From Rotaria socialis (Eukaryota), in the NCBI GenBank assembly GCA_905331295.1, contig CAJNYD010000314.1, forward strand, positions 1 through 64,000: a stretch of DNA of 64,000 nucleotides. The letters run 5' to 3'. Of the stretch, positions 13,623-26,056 are shown piece after piece. How positions within the stretch are numbered: the first letter of the stretch is position 1; each line of letters begins with the position of its first letter. The translations under genes were made by a program, and so were the position numbers. The notes under the pieces were generated by a model that worked only from the letters and a program-made list of their open reading frames with translations, did not search any database and had not been told where the DNA came from.

Positions 13623-14599
13623 CAATGACGTACACTCCTTCACATGCATCTTACCTTAGATAAGACACGAAAATAACTGTTTTAAGCAAACATTATTGTT
13701 TTATCATCAACCTTGCTTGTGCACGTCTCGTCTGAAGATTAAGGAAAGAATACAAATGCAAAATGGAAAACGTCTTACATTGCATCGTCTATTGCGAAGT
13801 TAAATTATTATCAAGATCTACAAATTATCTTCTCTCAGTTATCTTTTGAAACATGAAACAATGCTTATGTACATTTTTCTCTAATCTAAATTATGTGGAT
13901 TTAATCGAAAGAAACATTATGATAGATTAAAGCACTAGTGTCAAACTTGAAACTTGAATTTAATTTTCAACCGTTAACCTTCAAGTCTGAAGTTTCAAGT
14001 TTCACGCTTCCAATTTTCAGACATTGATTTTTCATGAATTTTAATCATTATGCGTCGTCCGTTGATGATTGAGAAATCTAAATACGAGACAAGATAAAAG
14101 CGACAATTATCAGTTTGAAAATATTTCTTTTAAGAATTTTACTCAATCAGTAATATTCATTCGCGATTATTCTGTTATTCGTCATGTTTTGTTTTAAAAT
14201 ATTGATATCTCACATTTACAAGCAATTGAAATATATTACTCATATTGTTGTGTATACTTAGTTATTAACATTCTGATCTTGATTCTAAAATTTTAAAATG
14301 TTTTATCAATCAATATAGTATAACATTGAGGTCTTTATTGTAAAAAGTTTCTCTTTGCCAAAGACCAAAAAAGCTCATTTCACATTAAAAAAATCATTAA
14401 AAATTCAGACATATGAAGTGAATACTCTTTTTCTGAATTATTCAATAAATTTTCGAAACTTGTTCAAATACTACATCAGTTGCCATGTCATGTCAATTCG
14501 TAATCATTTTCTTGAACTTTTATCATCCATATCTTTTAGTGAAATTTTATTAGAAGTGTAAATTAAGTAATTAAATGCAACTAAAAAATTGAGAGAGAC

Positions 14600-15125
14600 A
14601 TTTCCCATTTATAGTGAATCTATCTAAGAATTGTCGACGATTTCGTGCGGCTAATCTTACTAATTGAATAAATGTCAACGCAAAAACAAATAGAACATAA
14701 TAGCAGCTAAGGCTAGAAAACTTTTCCGTAGATCCCAAGTAGTATCATAATCGATTTTGTGGTTATCAAGAATATGTTCACCCTTCATTAAACAAACGCT
14801 CGTATTGGTCGTTAGACAAAGTTTCAGGTGAGTAAATTCATTTATAGTAATAACATTGGATGCGTAATGAAAACGGCTCACTCATTTGATCCATGCAAGA
14901 AATTTGACAACATTTTTTAGATCAACTAGATATCCTGTGAATACAAGCATTACCACGCACAATGAAGCTGAAACTAAATTGGCAACACCTAAACAGAGAA
15001 AATATATATGAATTAAACAAGTATTGATTATAAGAATCTTACCTATTGTTTCGACACTTGACGAAACAAAAGAAACACACTGATTCAGAACAAACAGCTG
15101 CAGCAAATATATTTAGTTGATATAT
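14600..15125 (-). pseudogene. ABCG-family (ABCG2/white-like) transporter, 3' membrane-domain fragment
   Basis: SESVCFF/VSSSVETI|GVANLVSASLCVVMLVFTGYLVDLKNVVKFLAWIK*VSRFHYASNVITINEFTHLKLC..CLMKGEHILD..WDLRKSFLAL../LTFIQLVRL. In-frame TGA at 14884-14882, two apparent frameshifts, 54-nt intron 15042-14989, no ATPase exons upstream. Confidence 0.8.
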
Positions 15126-16015
15126 GAGAAATTTTTCAATAGTTCATTGAAATTGAATCATAAAGTAGGATATTAATGAGCTCCGTCGAGTTCACCAAAT
15201 CACAGAATAGATGAAGTCACTACAAATTAATGGCACTCTAGATTTATGGAACCAGTTGCTTGCTACTTAAGTATTATAGGCTTTAAATGGATATGAACGC
15301 TGAGTGTTGATATGGCAGTCGCTACAAGGGAAGAGACAGTCACATTCACAATAGCATTAGCAACATTTCACTACAACACCAATCCAAAAATAACATTAAT
15401 ACATAACTGTAACCTCACCGGTTATTAATAATGAATAACATTTCTCATTCGCCTGCTTTTTTAAATCTTAAAATATCTGACAATCTACCTTAGCCTCTGA
15501 ATTTAGCACAAAAATTAAGTTCTTTTGGATCATTCAAGTAGATAAAGATATTTCTTGTTTACATACTATTTTATTCGGTCAAAGACGTTGATTTTAACAA
15601 TATTCTAGTAAGAAAAGTTCACTAATTGTATGTCATACTATAGTTTTTTTAAATTTTAGGTACATTTCCAAGATCCTAAAACAGTTAGCCTCAGTTAGAA
15701 AAGATTAGAAGCATACTGAGGAAATATGAAGAGGTAATAAACAAATAGCATTGTTATAGACTTTCTCCATTCGTTTCGATTAATTGGAATTTTAGACCGA
15801 TAACCAAATATAATTAATACGTATGAGAATTTTCACGGTTTCTTTATTTGTTGAGAAAGAAATCGAAAAAAATGTCGACATATTTTCCTAATTTATAAAT
15901 GAACAAACCAACGTCGTAATAAGTATGTAATACGACAAACAGTCAATTATATGCATTACAAAAAAAAATACCATGCTATTAAAGTGTTATTGTCATTGAA
16001 GAATTGCCGAAAATA

Positions 16016-16616
16016 TTATTCATGCATATATTGTAAATCAGATTCATTGCAAACACGGTAGAAAATCGAGATTGGCCCGTTATTTAGCCTTGGCAATGGA
16101 TATAATTCCGTATAACGTACAAACATAAATATAATCATTTTGATTGTGCTTGTAAATTGAATATAAGCTGCACGATTACACTCGTAAATATGTTCACCAG
16201 AACGCTGCACATCGTTAACATACCAAAAAATATATATTGTTACTGGAGCACAAAAACCTTCAATTATCCAGCGTTTCACTCTCATTCGAGTAATTCGACC
16301 GATGTTCAATGTGTATGTCGAAACTAGAGCAGCAATTAAATAAATAAATCCCAATTGAATTTCTATGATAAGAATTCTAATACAACGACGCACTAGAGTA
16401 TCATATGATCCTTCTCGCATATTTAATTCTTCGTCGTTATCATATTGCTCGTAGTCGAAAAAATAACGACGACAAAACATCCATATCGTCATCATATATG
16501 GATACAACAACAAAAATGATCATTGCTATTGGCATCAACAAAATCACTAAAAAGCCATAGTGTACATCTAACCACACTGACTCGTAATCACGACAGTGGT
16601 AGTCAAACTGTTGCAT
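16016..16616 (-). pseudogene. Frameshifted hypothetical multi-pass membrane protein (~200 aa if repaired)
   Basis: Two overlapping ORFs (16440-16631 and 16016-16513) fuse into one hydrophobic protein (..MPIAMIIF/LLLYPYMMTIW..) if one T is added to the T5 run near 16512-16516. Confidence 0.5.
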
Positions 16617-16892
16617 GCTATTAGTTACCACTGTTAGGAAATAATTGAATCACTTAAGAGAACTAATAAACGATATGCATTGATCAATCAATGATAACAG
16701 GATGACATTTACCTATCTTTTTATTTTTCTCTGCTATTGTGTTGCCTATTGGCAAAAGCTTGACCTATTCACCGCTATTAGTCAATGACAAAATGACAAT
16801 CAGATTCAACAATACACAATTAATGTAAACCATTTATATTCTAAATTCAACATACTGGCAGCGCAGATAGGACAAGCCAAGAAATATATTTG

Positions 16893-17264
16893 GGTAATCT
16901 CAACTTTGGCCGAAAGGAAAAACGCCGAAAACAATAAAGTCGAAAAGAAAAACTATACTAATGTCGAAAGGTAAAATGTCGAAAAATTAAAAAAATGGTA
17001 CTAATTTAAATAAGCAAAACCATCGTAGGTGATAGTTTATGAAAGCCAGTCTCCAGGAATGGATGGAAAAAGAAAGAAAGGGAAAAATATCGAAAATAAA
17101 AATGTCGAAAACAAGAATATGAGATGAACATGAGCATGTAAGATTGAATTGAGGGTGAGGGAAACTTGTACTTCAATATACTCTCGTTTTCAGCATTTCT
17201 ATCCATCTGCATGTGTATCAATTTTATTTTCGACATTTTTCTTTCGACCAAAGTTGAGAGAATC
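16893..17264. mobile_element. MITE with 9-bp TSD (Mutator/Merlin-like), 372 bp
   Basis: Imperfect ~35-bp TIRs GGTAATCTCAACTTTGGCCGAAAG / rc GATTCTCTCAACTTTGGTCGAAAG. Perfect 9-bp direct repeat atatatttg at 16884-16892 and 17265-17273. Internal gtcgaaa repeats. Confidence 0.85.
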
Positions 17265-18052
17265 ATATATTTGTACTGATATTGACATAATCTCACGCTG
17301 ACCTGTCATTATTCTTTTCCTCTTTATTGTTCTTTTCTGTGTTCATCTCTTTCATGCGACGGCAATCTAGTTAAAAAGACGCTCACCACCACCCCTCGGT
17401 AATGTCCGTTTCGCTACTTCAAGTTATACACATGCTTACATGAGAGTGAGCAAGAGAGGGATGAACAAAAAGAAACAATAGTAAGATTAAATAAGGTGGA
17501 AAGATAGGGAGCGATACCAATATTGGCAACATATTGAGTGTGTGGTTTACCGAGCGTCGGCTCTGTTATTAGAAAATGTATTCGTCACGTGTGAAATAAG
17601 CATGACTTGAAAATTCAGAAAGGTGACTAAATGTAATTCATGTACTGGCGAAACATCAACACACATTGTTCAATAACAATTCCAGGCACAATTTTTATGC
17701 TTAGAGACTATTGAAAACAGAAGTCATTGTCTTATATTGAGTATCATTAGAATAGATAATTACGAATATGGCAAGATTGATGCGAGTTCGATTAAAGTTA
17801 ATCTTCGTGTTCAATTATCGTTTGTAAATTGATTTACAATTGTAGTAAGTCAAGTCGAATACTTAGTATTTAACAAAGAATGCAATGCATCTGATTTAAG
17901 GCGATTTATACTGAACCTGTATTCGGCAAATTAATATTCGAATCGATTATTTTTCTTAATATACCCGTGCCACATTATTACCCAATAATATTCCGATGAT
18001 TGGCCTTTTTGATAGTTTATTTTAATAAAACATTGTTGATGAACTTAATAGT

Positions 18053-18521
18053 TTATTGAAAAGAATGCATTAAAAAGATTCCTCCGTATAACATAGAGAA
18101 AAAAATAACGAATCCAACTAGATGAATGCAATAGTAGTACAGAATTAAAGCTGCTTTAATATCAGATAATACTTTTTTCATTACATGCCATATAAGTCCT
18201 ATTAAAAAGGTAACAAGTATATTATAACGCCACGAAAATGTTGAATCCATTAGACTGTCAACAAAACCTTGATTTATTATAATTAGTTAATGTTGTTATC
18301 AATGTCCACGATTGTAATGGTATAATACTCTTCCGCATGAATATTATTTGATTTTGATATATGCTAATACCTATCACCATATAATTCAACTGGCTCAATC
18401 TATCATGACAACATTTGACCAAACTTAATATAATTAATGATGATACTGAAATAAGATACAAGAAAATACGAATCGTTGGCGAAATATTTGATAAATTTTC
18501 AACAATATCACTATATGACGT
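18053..18521 (-). pseudogene. Possible degraded membrane-protein exon
   Basis: A TTTTAG acceptor precedes TSYSDIVENLSNISPTIRIFLYLISVSSLIILSL.., then a stop and frame change near 18258-18250, then a second hydrophobic ORF. No family recognised. Confidence 0.3.
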
Positions 18522-19858
18522 CTAAAATGTAATTTACTAAATACACTGCTAGGGAAAATAGTATAAAAAATCTTGCTGCAGTGGCCATTGAGTTGAAAAT
18601 TATATTAAAATTTGATTTTAAATTACAATAACTTATATTTCAACCTGATAGATTGTTTATAGAGGAAAATTTATAAAATTTAAAATTATGTAGATCAGAG
18701 ACAAGATAAAATTGAAGTAAATATTTTTCTTCACATTTCAATTTGTTTATTGGCAAACACCGTGGAATGGATAACATTCATAGTATTCAACAACATAATG
18801 GTGTTTTGTGCATCGAAAATAGTAATCTAGCCCACATATTACGTTTGATCATGATAGAATTTCTGACCCGAATTTGATCGCTAAACCCAATCTTTTTAAG
18901 AACAAAGCCAATATGTATATGTTTGTTGTACAGCGTCCTTTCAGCTTATCGCTATATAGCTTCCGAAATAGAGTTATCGTCACTCTGGATTTCTACCAAT
19001 GTTTTATTAAAAATTAATAAATTCTCATGGTTTGAAATTAGTGAGTAGTGCATGTCATACTAGTCGAAGTTGAGCCAGACAATTCTCATGAATATACCTC
19101 AATTAACCAACTAATGTAAAAGCCTGATTAAGTCGCATAACGTAATTAAAAGAGATTTTGTTTTTAAAGTTAATAATATTGTTCAGATTGTTTGAATAAC
19201 AAAAGTTTTCATTTAAAAATAAATTCTGTTGAGATTTATTGTCTGTAATCTAAATAAGATGGATTAAATTATATTTTGAAAAATTTTCCTAGCATTGCGT
19301 TTATGTCCAATTCAAACAAAAACAGTTGCACACTCGATTACTACTATTATCCCTAATAATTACATCCTCATTAGAATAAACTTCTGGAAGCCTATTTGAC
19401 TTGAAAAGTACTACTGTCGTTCAGTGACACCCTTACCATCGCGCGTATTCGTCTATTCGATAGACCAATCAAGTATGAAGGATGTCATCACACTCTAGAA
19501 TAGAATAGCATAGCTACTATATTAATAACAACTATTCACAATGACTAATTAGCTGCGTGTCGATAATTGTTATCTTAATTCAGATTAAACCTCCTTCATT
19601 ACTAAAATAACTGATATGTGAGCTACTTATTATTTTTAATCATTCTCGATTGCAAGAATGATCTATTCTTAATTGTGCATTGCAAAAAATATCCGTGTTG
19701 TTGTAAGTTGTGATACATCTACATTTAGAATCATTGTATCAATTATAATATCTATAGACTATCTGATTTGTATTTGTCACAGAAGAACAAATTTTTAAGC
19801 TATTAAATAATTCATTTGAATCTTTTATTTTTCTAGAATAAATAAATCCCAAAATATA

Positions 19859-20323
19859 ATGATGTTTGATAGTTTCACACGTCGTCGCCTATTATTCTTT
19901 CTGTTCGCTATATTATTTGTTATATTAAGTATTTTATTTTTTGCTCGTATTGTCCCATCATATTCAAAACATTCATCAATGAAAAATAGCGATGAACAAC
20001 TCACAAGCGAATGTTATTTAAGTGAACCAGTCGATGTATTAACACTATGTCAAAAATGTACACTCTATGAACGTCGGTCAAAAGCAAAAGCTTGTTTACC
20101 AACTGGTTATAAAGAATTAATACTTTGCTCAAAATCAAATATAAAAACAATTCGTTCATGTCCAATGCCTATTCATGTTCAAAGACAAAATTTTTGGTTG
20201 TTCGAAAGTGTTATGTTTATATTTGCATTATTCGCTATGGCGAATGTTAATTTTCGTCAAAAAACATTAGATAAACAAATGATTGAGAGAATAAAAAGAC
20301 AGATTGGTGAAAATGATGAATGA
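19859..20323 (+). CDS. JTB: Jumping translocation breakpoint (JTB) family protein
   Basis: N-terminal hydrophobic segment, six-Cys domain (ECYLSE..CQKC..ACLPTGYKELILC..RSC), FWLFE motif, TM helix and RQKTLD..IKRQI tail. Confidence 0.85.
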   Translation: MMFDSFTRRRLLFFLFAILFVILSILFFARIVPSYSKHSSMKNSDEQLTSECYLSEPVDVLTLCQKCTLYERRSKAKACLPTGYKELILCSKSNIKTIRSCPMPIHVQRQNFWLFESVMFIFALFAMANVNFRQKTLDKQMIERIKRQIGENDE

Positions 20324-21081
20324 TTGACTTATGTTGAATTTGTATCTCAGTTTCAGTGCAAAAAAATCTTTTCTGTAAATAGTATGATGAACTATATTTT
20401 TTTGTGTTTTAAGTGAATAAATATTTAATCGATAATAACAAAGGTACATTTATGATAACAATATTTTGAAATCATGAATTTTGAATCGAGTTTTTGAAAA
20501 AACTATGTCTCCAGATAAAAAGGGTTGGTTTGATTTCATTGCAAATAAATCTTTTGAAAAATGATTTAAGAGAAATTCTGATTAGGCTTCCAAGTAAGTA
20601 AGTATCGAACGTGAATTATTATAATTCGGAAAAAAGTATTTGTCATAGTATTTCTTCGACACGTCTTATACTGAATAGATGTCATGACGTTATTCTCGTA
20701 TTAGAAAGTGAAGATTATGCAACGCCTTTTACCAGGTTTGAAGCTATTCTTATCGTGACCCTTCAGTTAAACAATAGGCGTGTGAGGCTCCACTAGCCTA
20801 ACAAAATCTATTATAATCAGTATCTCTTTCTTGTTTAGATAGTTATCTATTATTCTCAGCAGAAATGTTGTTTGAGATATCTTTTCTATGTAAATTTATA
20901 GTTAAGATTTCTATTCCTTTTGAAGTAAAATTGTGTTGCATATAACCCTGGTGTTCTTCATTCTTTTTCTTTCTTTCTACTTATTATAACAGCCACAGAA
21001 GGTAAAACTTGTTTAGTTGTTTCTATTTTCAATAAGAACCACTCGTTTTTCTTTGCAATATTCAAGTTGTGGTTTTTAACG

Positions 21082-24000
21082 ATGCACATCTCAACATATT
21101 TCGCCTGTATTCTTCTTGGAATTACTCTATGCTATGGAGTTCCAGTTAAGAAATCGAATGGTTGTGGTTACGATGTGAGAGATTTTTATATTTGATAAGT
21201 GTGAATAAGTTATCCGAGCATCTTTTCATTACAGGCATGTAACTTAGGTGATCCAATGAAACTCAATGTTCATATGGTTCCACATACACATGATGATGTT
21301 GGATGGTTAAAAACAGTTGATCAATATTTTTATGGAGGTACTTTCAACGCTCTTTTAAAATTTCATTGAGAAGAATCCAAAGAAGCGTAAAGTTTTTTTT
21401 CCATAGATACCTATCATAAGACAAAGCAACAGATGTCTTTTGACTTTCATTTATTGAAACCATTTTCCATCTATTTCAGCTCGTAATTATATACAACATG
21501 CGGGCGTACAATACATACTTGATTCAGCTATCCGTGCTCTCGATCAAAATCCTGATCGACGCTTCATCTATGTTGAAATCGGCTTTTTCTGGCGTTGGTG
21601 GAGTCAACAAACTGATGACATGCGTAATAAAGTGAAACAGTTTGTCAATGATGGTAATTTCTATCCATTGACTTTTTCTTAATAATCTTTGTCACTTCTA
21701 AACAAAAAAGGTCGTCTCGAATTTATTTCCGGTGGTTGGTGCATGAACGATGAAGCATCAACACATTACAATTCCATCATCGATCAACATAGTTTAGGAG
21801 CTGAATTTTTACGTGACAATTTCGGTGATTGCGGTCGACCTAAAATCGGTTGGCAAATCGATCCATTCGGTCATTCACGTGAACAAGCTTCACTTCTTGC
21901 ACAAGTAAATTAGCTCCTTTTATAGTCATTTGAGCATGTTCAAAATAAACAAACGAATGTTTATTTTAGATGGGTTTCGATGGTTTATTTTTTGGTCGTT
22001 CTGATTATGAAGATTACGCAACGCGTAATAGAACAAGAACCATGGAAATGGTTTGGAAAGCAAGTGCTAATTTGAGTGAGTTGTAAACAATGTTGACTGT
22101 TGGTTTAGTCTTTCTGTGATTGTGGGATAAAATAAACATTGATGTCAATTTAAGATAAAGATGGTTGGTTGTTTACCGGTGTTTTACCCAACGGATATGG
22201 TCCACCCGATTCTTTCTGTTATGATGCTTTTTGTGATGATGCACCAATTATGGTTAGTTGAAATGCGTTTAAAACTTTGTTTTTTTTCTGACATGCATAT
22301 GATTTAATCTGTTTATTTATACGCTACTCGGCTTCTATTTTCTAGATCTTTATCTGCAGAGAGAGAGAGATCCTATTTTAATTTTTTTTTGTGAAAGAAT
22401 CTGAAATTTTATACTTGCATGTTCACTTTAGGATGATCCACGATTACATGATTACAATGTTCCAGAACGTGTTCGAACATTCATTCGAGCAGCACAAAAT
22501 GAGGTCAGCGCAAAACGATAATTCTATGCTTATGTGCTATTCAACTACAAGATCAATAAGGCACTTATTTAAGTAGCAAAGAAAAAACTTTAGAAAAATC
22601 GATTCATCTCTAAAGTCTAGAGGAATGATATTGAGATTAAATTTCGATTTTCAAATGATTTATTCAAATTTCTTTATTTGAAAACTTTCTTGTTTTACTA
22701 GGCTGTTGGTTTTGCTACAAATCATATTATTATGACTATGGGTAGTGATTTTCAATATGAAAATGCAAATGAATGGTTCAAGAATATGGATAAACTAATA
22801 AAATATGTAAATGCTGAAGTATGTTCGTCTACCTTTATTGTTTTTCTCATTAAAATAATGCATTTAATAAAATTCATTTATAGCAAGTGAATGGTAGCAA
22901 CGTGAACGTTTTCTATTCGACACCATCGTGTTATTTATATGCGTTGAACAAGGCCGGTCACAATTGGACATCGAAATCTGATGATTTTTTTCCATATGCT
23001 CATCATCCTCATGGATTTTGGACTGGCTACTTTACATCACGTGCAGCTTTCAAAGGTTATGAACGCCATTCAAACAATATTTTACAAGTTACAAGACAAC
23101 TCAATGCATTTGCTAATTTGAATTTACGAAATAGCATTTTTTATTTGAGTGAGAATATTTGGCTTTTAAATTTTAACTTGAAAGATTTTTTCGATTATGA
23201 ATCATAGGTGAAGCAATGGGCGTTGCTCAACATCATGATGCTGTTAGTGGAACAGAGAAACAAGAAGTTGCTTTTGATTATGCTCAACGATTGTCCGATG
23301 GTATTAATGTAGCTTCAGTAAGTATTCGAATGAAGATTTATAATGATTTTAGAAAAATGAATGACTACCGAATATTTATTCATTGCTATTTGTTTTAGGG
23401 AATTATAAATCAAGCTTATTCAAAACTATTACCTCTTAACAGTCAATCACCACCAACGTCACCTCAATTTCTCTGTCAACTGACAAATATCAGTGAATGT
23501 GTACCTATTCAAGATCAACAACGTGTAAGCGTTCGTTCATATGTCTTGTTTTATCCCTTTTCTTTCTCTTATCGCATAGTTCACGGTAACAATCTGGAAT
23601 CCAACTGTACATTCAGTTCTTCATCATTTCCGTGTGCCCGTTACAAGAGCTTATACAGTTCGTGATTCAACAGGACAACCAATTTTGGCTGAGGTGAGAG
23701 AGACAAGCAAAATAATTACATTAACCATTGTGATTTTTAATTGTTTTCAGCTATTTCCCGTTTCCAATTCCACAAAGAAAATACCTGGCCGTGTTGGTAC
23801 TGCTACAAGTCAATTAATATTTAGAGCTAATTTACCAGCGCTTGGGTTCAGCACATATTTCTTTGAAGCCAGAAGTAATTTTTGTTTAATATTCAATATC
23901 ACAAAAATAATTTGTTCGATTCTAGCATTAGTAAAACGTGAAAAACCAAAAGTAAAAATTACCCCCAATGATGAATGTATTCTTCAAAATCAGGTTGGAA

Positions 24001-25530
24001 AACAAAAAAACAACAAGCATGGTACACTTTTCTATGATCTCTTTTCATTGTAGAATATTCGAGTTGAAATCGATGCTCAAGGCAATCTTCAACATATCAT
24101 TAATTTGAAACAAAGTATTGCTGTAGCATTTTCCAATCAAGGTTTCTATTGGTATCAAAGTGAGTTAAATCTGTCATTGATTGATTAATTCTATTCGTTT
24201 TCTTCTTCTTATCATGCAGGTTTTCCGGGTAACAATTCTCAATCACAATTTCAAGCATCTGGCGCTTATATCTTTCGACCACTATCACCAACTGCACAAC
24301 CAGTTAGTCAAGCGCGTTCCATGTAAGCGTTTTTGTTTTATTGTAAAGGAATTTTCTCTATTGACTTGTTACGTATTCTCATTTATATAGTACATGTATC
24401 AAAGGAGATAATGTTCAAACAGCAGTTATTGTTTTCAATGATTGGACAAGTCAAGAGATCAGTTTATACGATGAAGGAGAATTTGTCGAAGTTGAATGGA
24501 CAGTTGGGCCTATTCCAATCGATGATAATATGGGTAAAGAGATCATTATTCGCTACGATACGGATATCAATAGTCAATCGAAATACTATACGGATGCAAA
24601 TGGACGTGAAGTTCTTGAACGAACAAGAGACTATCGACCAACATGGAACTATACAGTTGTAGAAACTGTCAGTGGAAACTATTATCCAATCAATAGTCGA
24701 ATATGGATCAAAGACCAAAATCGACAATTGACTGTTCTTACTGGTAAAAGAATAAAACTACTTTTATTTCGTTTTTTTATCAAAGAAGAGCAAACTTTTA
24801 ATCTTGTTATTTTTGTAGATCGATCAGAAGGTGGTGGTAGTATTAGTGACGGTTCTATGGAAATAATGGTGCATCGTCGTACTCTTAATGATGATTCATT
24901 GGGTGTTGGTGAACCTTTGAATGAAACTGCGTATGGTCAAGGTCTTGTTGTTCGTGGTCGACATATTCTTAGTCTCCAAACACCTGAAACAAGTGCTGTC
25001 CATCATCGCGTTGCTGCTCAACATTTATACATGCATCCATTAACTAGTTTTTCATTAATTCCACAAGATTATTACAATTATTCAGCTGCCTATCGTCAAA
25101 CATGGTCGGCATTAACAGATACACTTCCATTAAATGTTCATTTATTAACATTAGATCAATTAGGACCAAAAGATTTTCTTGTTCGCGTTGAACATTACTT
25201 TGAATTATATGAAGATGATACGTATTCAAAACCAGTTACATTCGATTTGCAATCAATATTTAAAGCTATAGGAACAATTAGTAATACAGTTGAATTAACG
25301 CTTGGTGCTAATTTAGAATTAGCTGATTTGAAAAGACTTGATTGGGTAACTAACGGTGAAAGTTCGTCGACAAAGAAGACTTCAAGTAAATTATTTTCCA
25401 ATAAAGAAAATTTTCTCTTATTTTAATCAATATTCTTTTCGTTTTTTTTTAAGAAGAACGACCATTAGACGATACAAATATTACATTGAATCCAATGCAA
25501 ATTCGAACATTTAGTGTAGCACTAGCATAA
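21082..25530 (+). CDS. MAN2B1: Lysosomal alpha-mannosidase (GH38), copy A, multi-exon
   Basis: Signal peptide [50 protein letters not shown], nucleophile motif [36 protein letters not shown], ends [12 protein letters not shown]. Confidence 0.95.
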
Positions 25531-26004
25531 ATGATCAGTTGAAGAGCAAATAAAACATGAACAGTGATTTAATATTCATTTTGTTTCGATAGCGTACATA
25601 TATATTTTTATTTATGCGTCTTTTTTTAAATAACTTAAATCAATTAGTATGAAAGAAAAATAAATAATAATTGAAAAGATTCATTTTCTCTTTTACGTAG
25701 GTGTAAATGTACATCACATACAACGTAAATATTTCTAATAAATATAAGAAGGAAAAAAACAACCAACTATTTAGAATTTTATTTCACCTGCAATGAGGAT
25801 GAACTCGTATTATGTGTGAGATCTTAGAAAGATGTTTAGATTGTGAAGAGCATTGAGAAATATATTTTCCTCTGAACGGAAGCAATGGAATTCATATTTT
25901 TGATAGGTTTTGCTATTTTAAAAGTGTGACGTAACGAAGTATTTATTACAACTTAGTTTATTTTTTTTTCAAAAACCTCACTTTTTACGTTCGCCCTTGA
26001 TGAA

Positions 26005-26056
26005 TAGGGGTGGCACGTTAACTTTAACATTAAGGCAAAGTTAACGTGCCCCCCTA
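26005..26056. mobile_element. Ultra-short hAT-like element (52 bp, essentially TIRs only)
   Basis: TAGGGGTGGCACGTTAACTTT + 11 nt + AAAGTTAACGTGCCCCCCTA, flanked by a perfect 8-bp TSD ttgatgaa (25997-26004, 26057-26064). Confidence 0.85.

Noticed and set aside
13941..14003. Short inverted repeat aaacttgaaactt / aagtttcaagttt
   Set aside because: Low complexity, short, and no TSD found.
17320..17482. Imperfect pyrimidine/purine inverted repeat
   Set aside because: Could be an old MITE, but ends and TSD cannot be defined.
24100..25401. Antisense and alternate-frame ORFs over the mannosidase exons (also 35029-36056)
   Set aside because: Shadow ORFs; their recurrence in both copies is explained by DNA identity.
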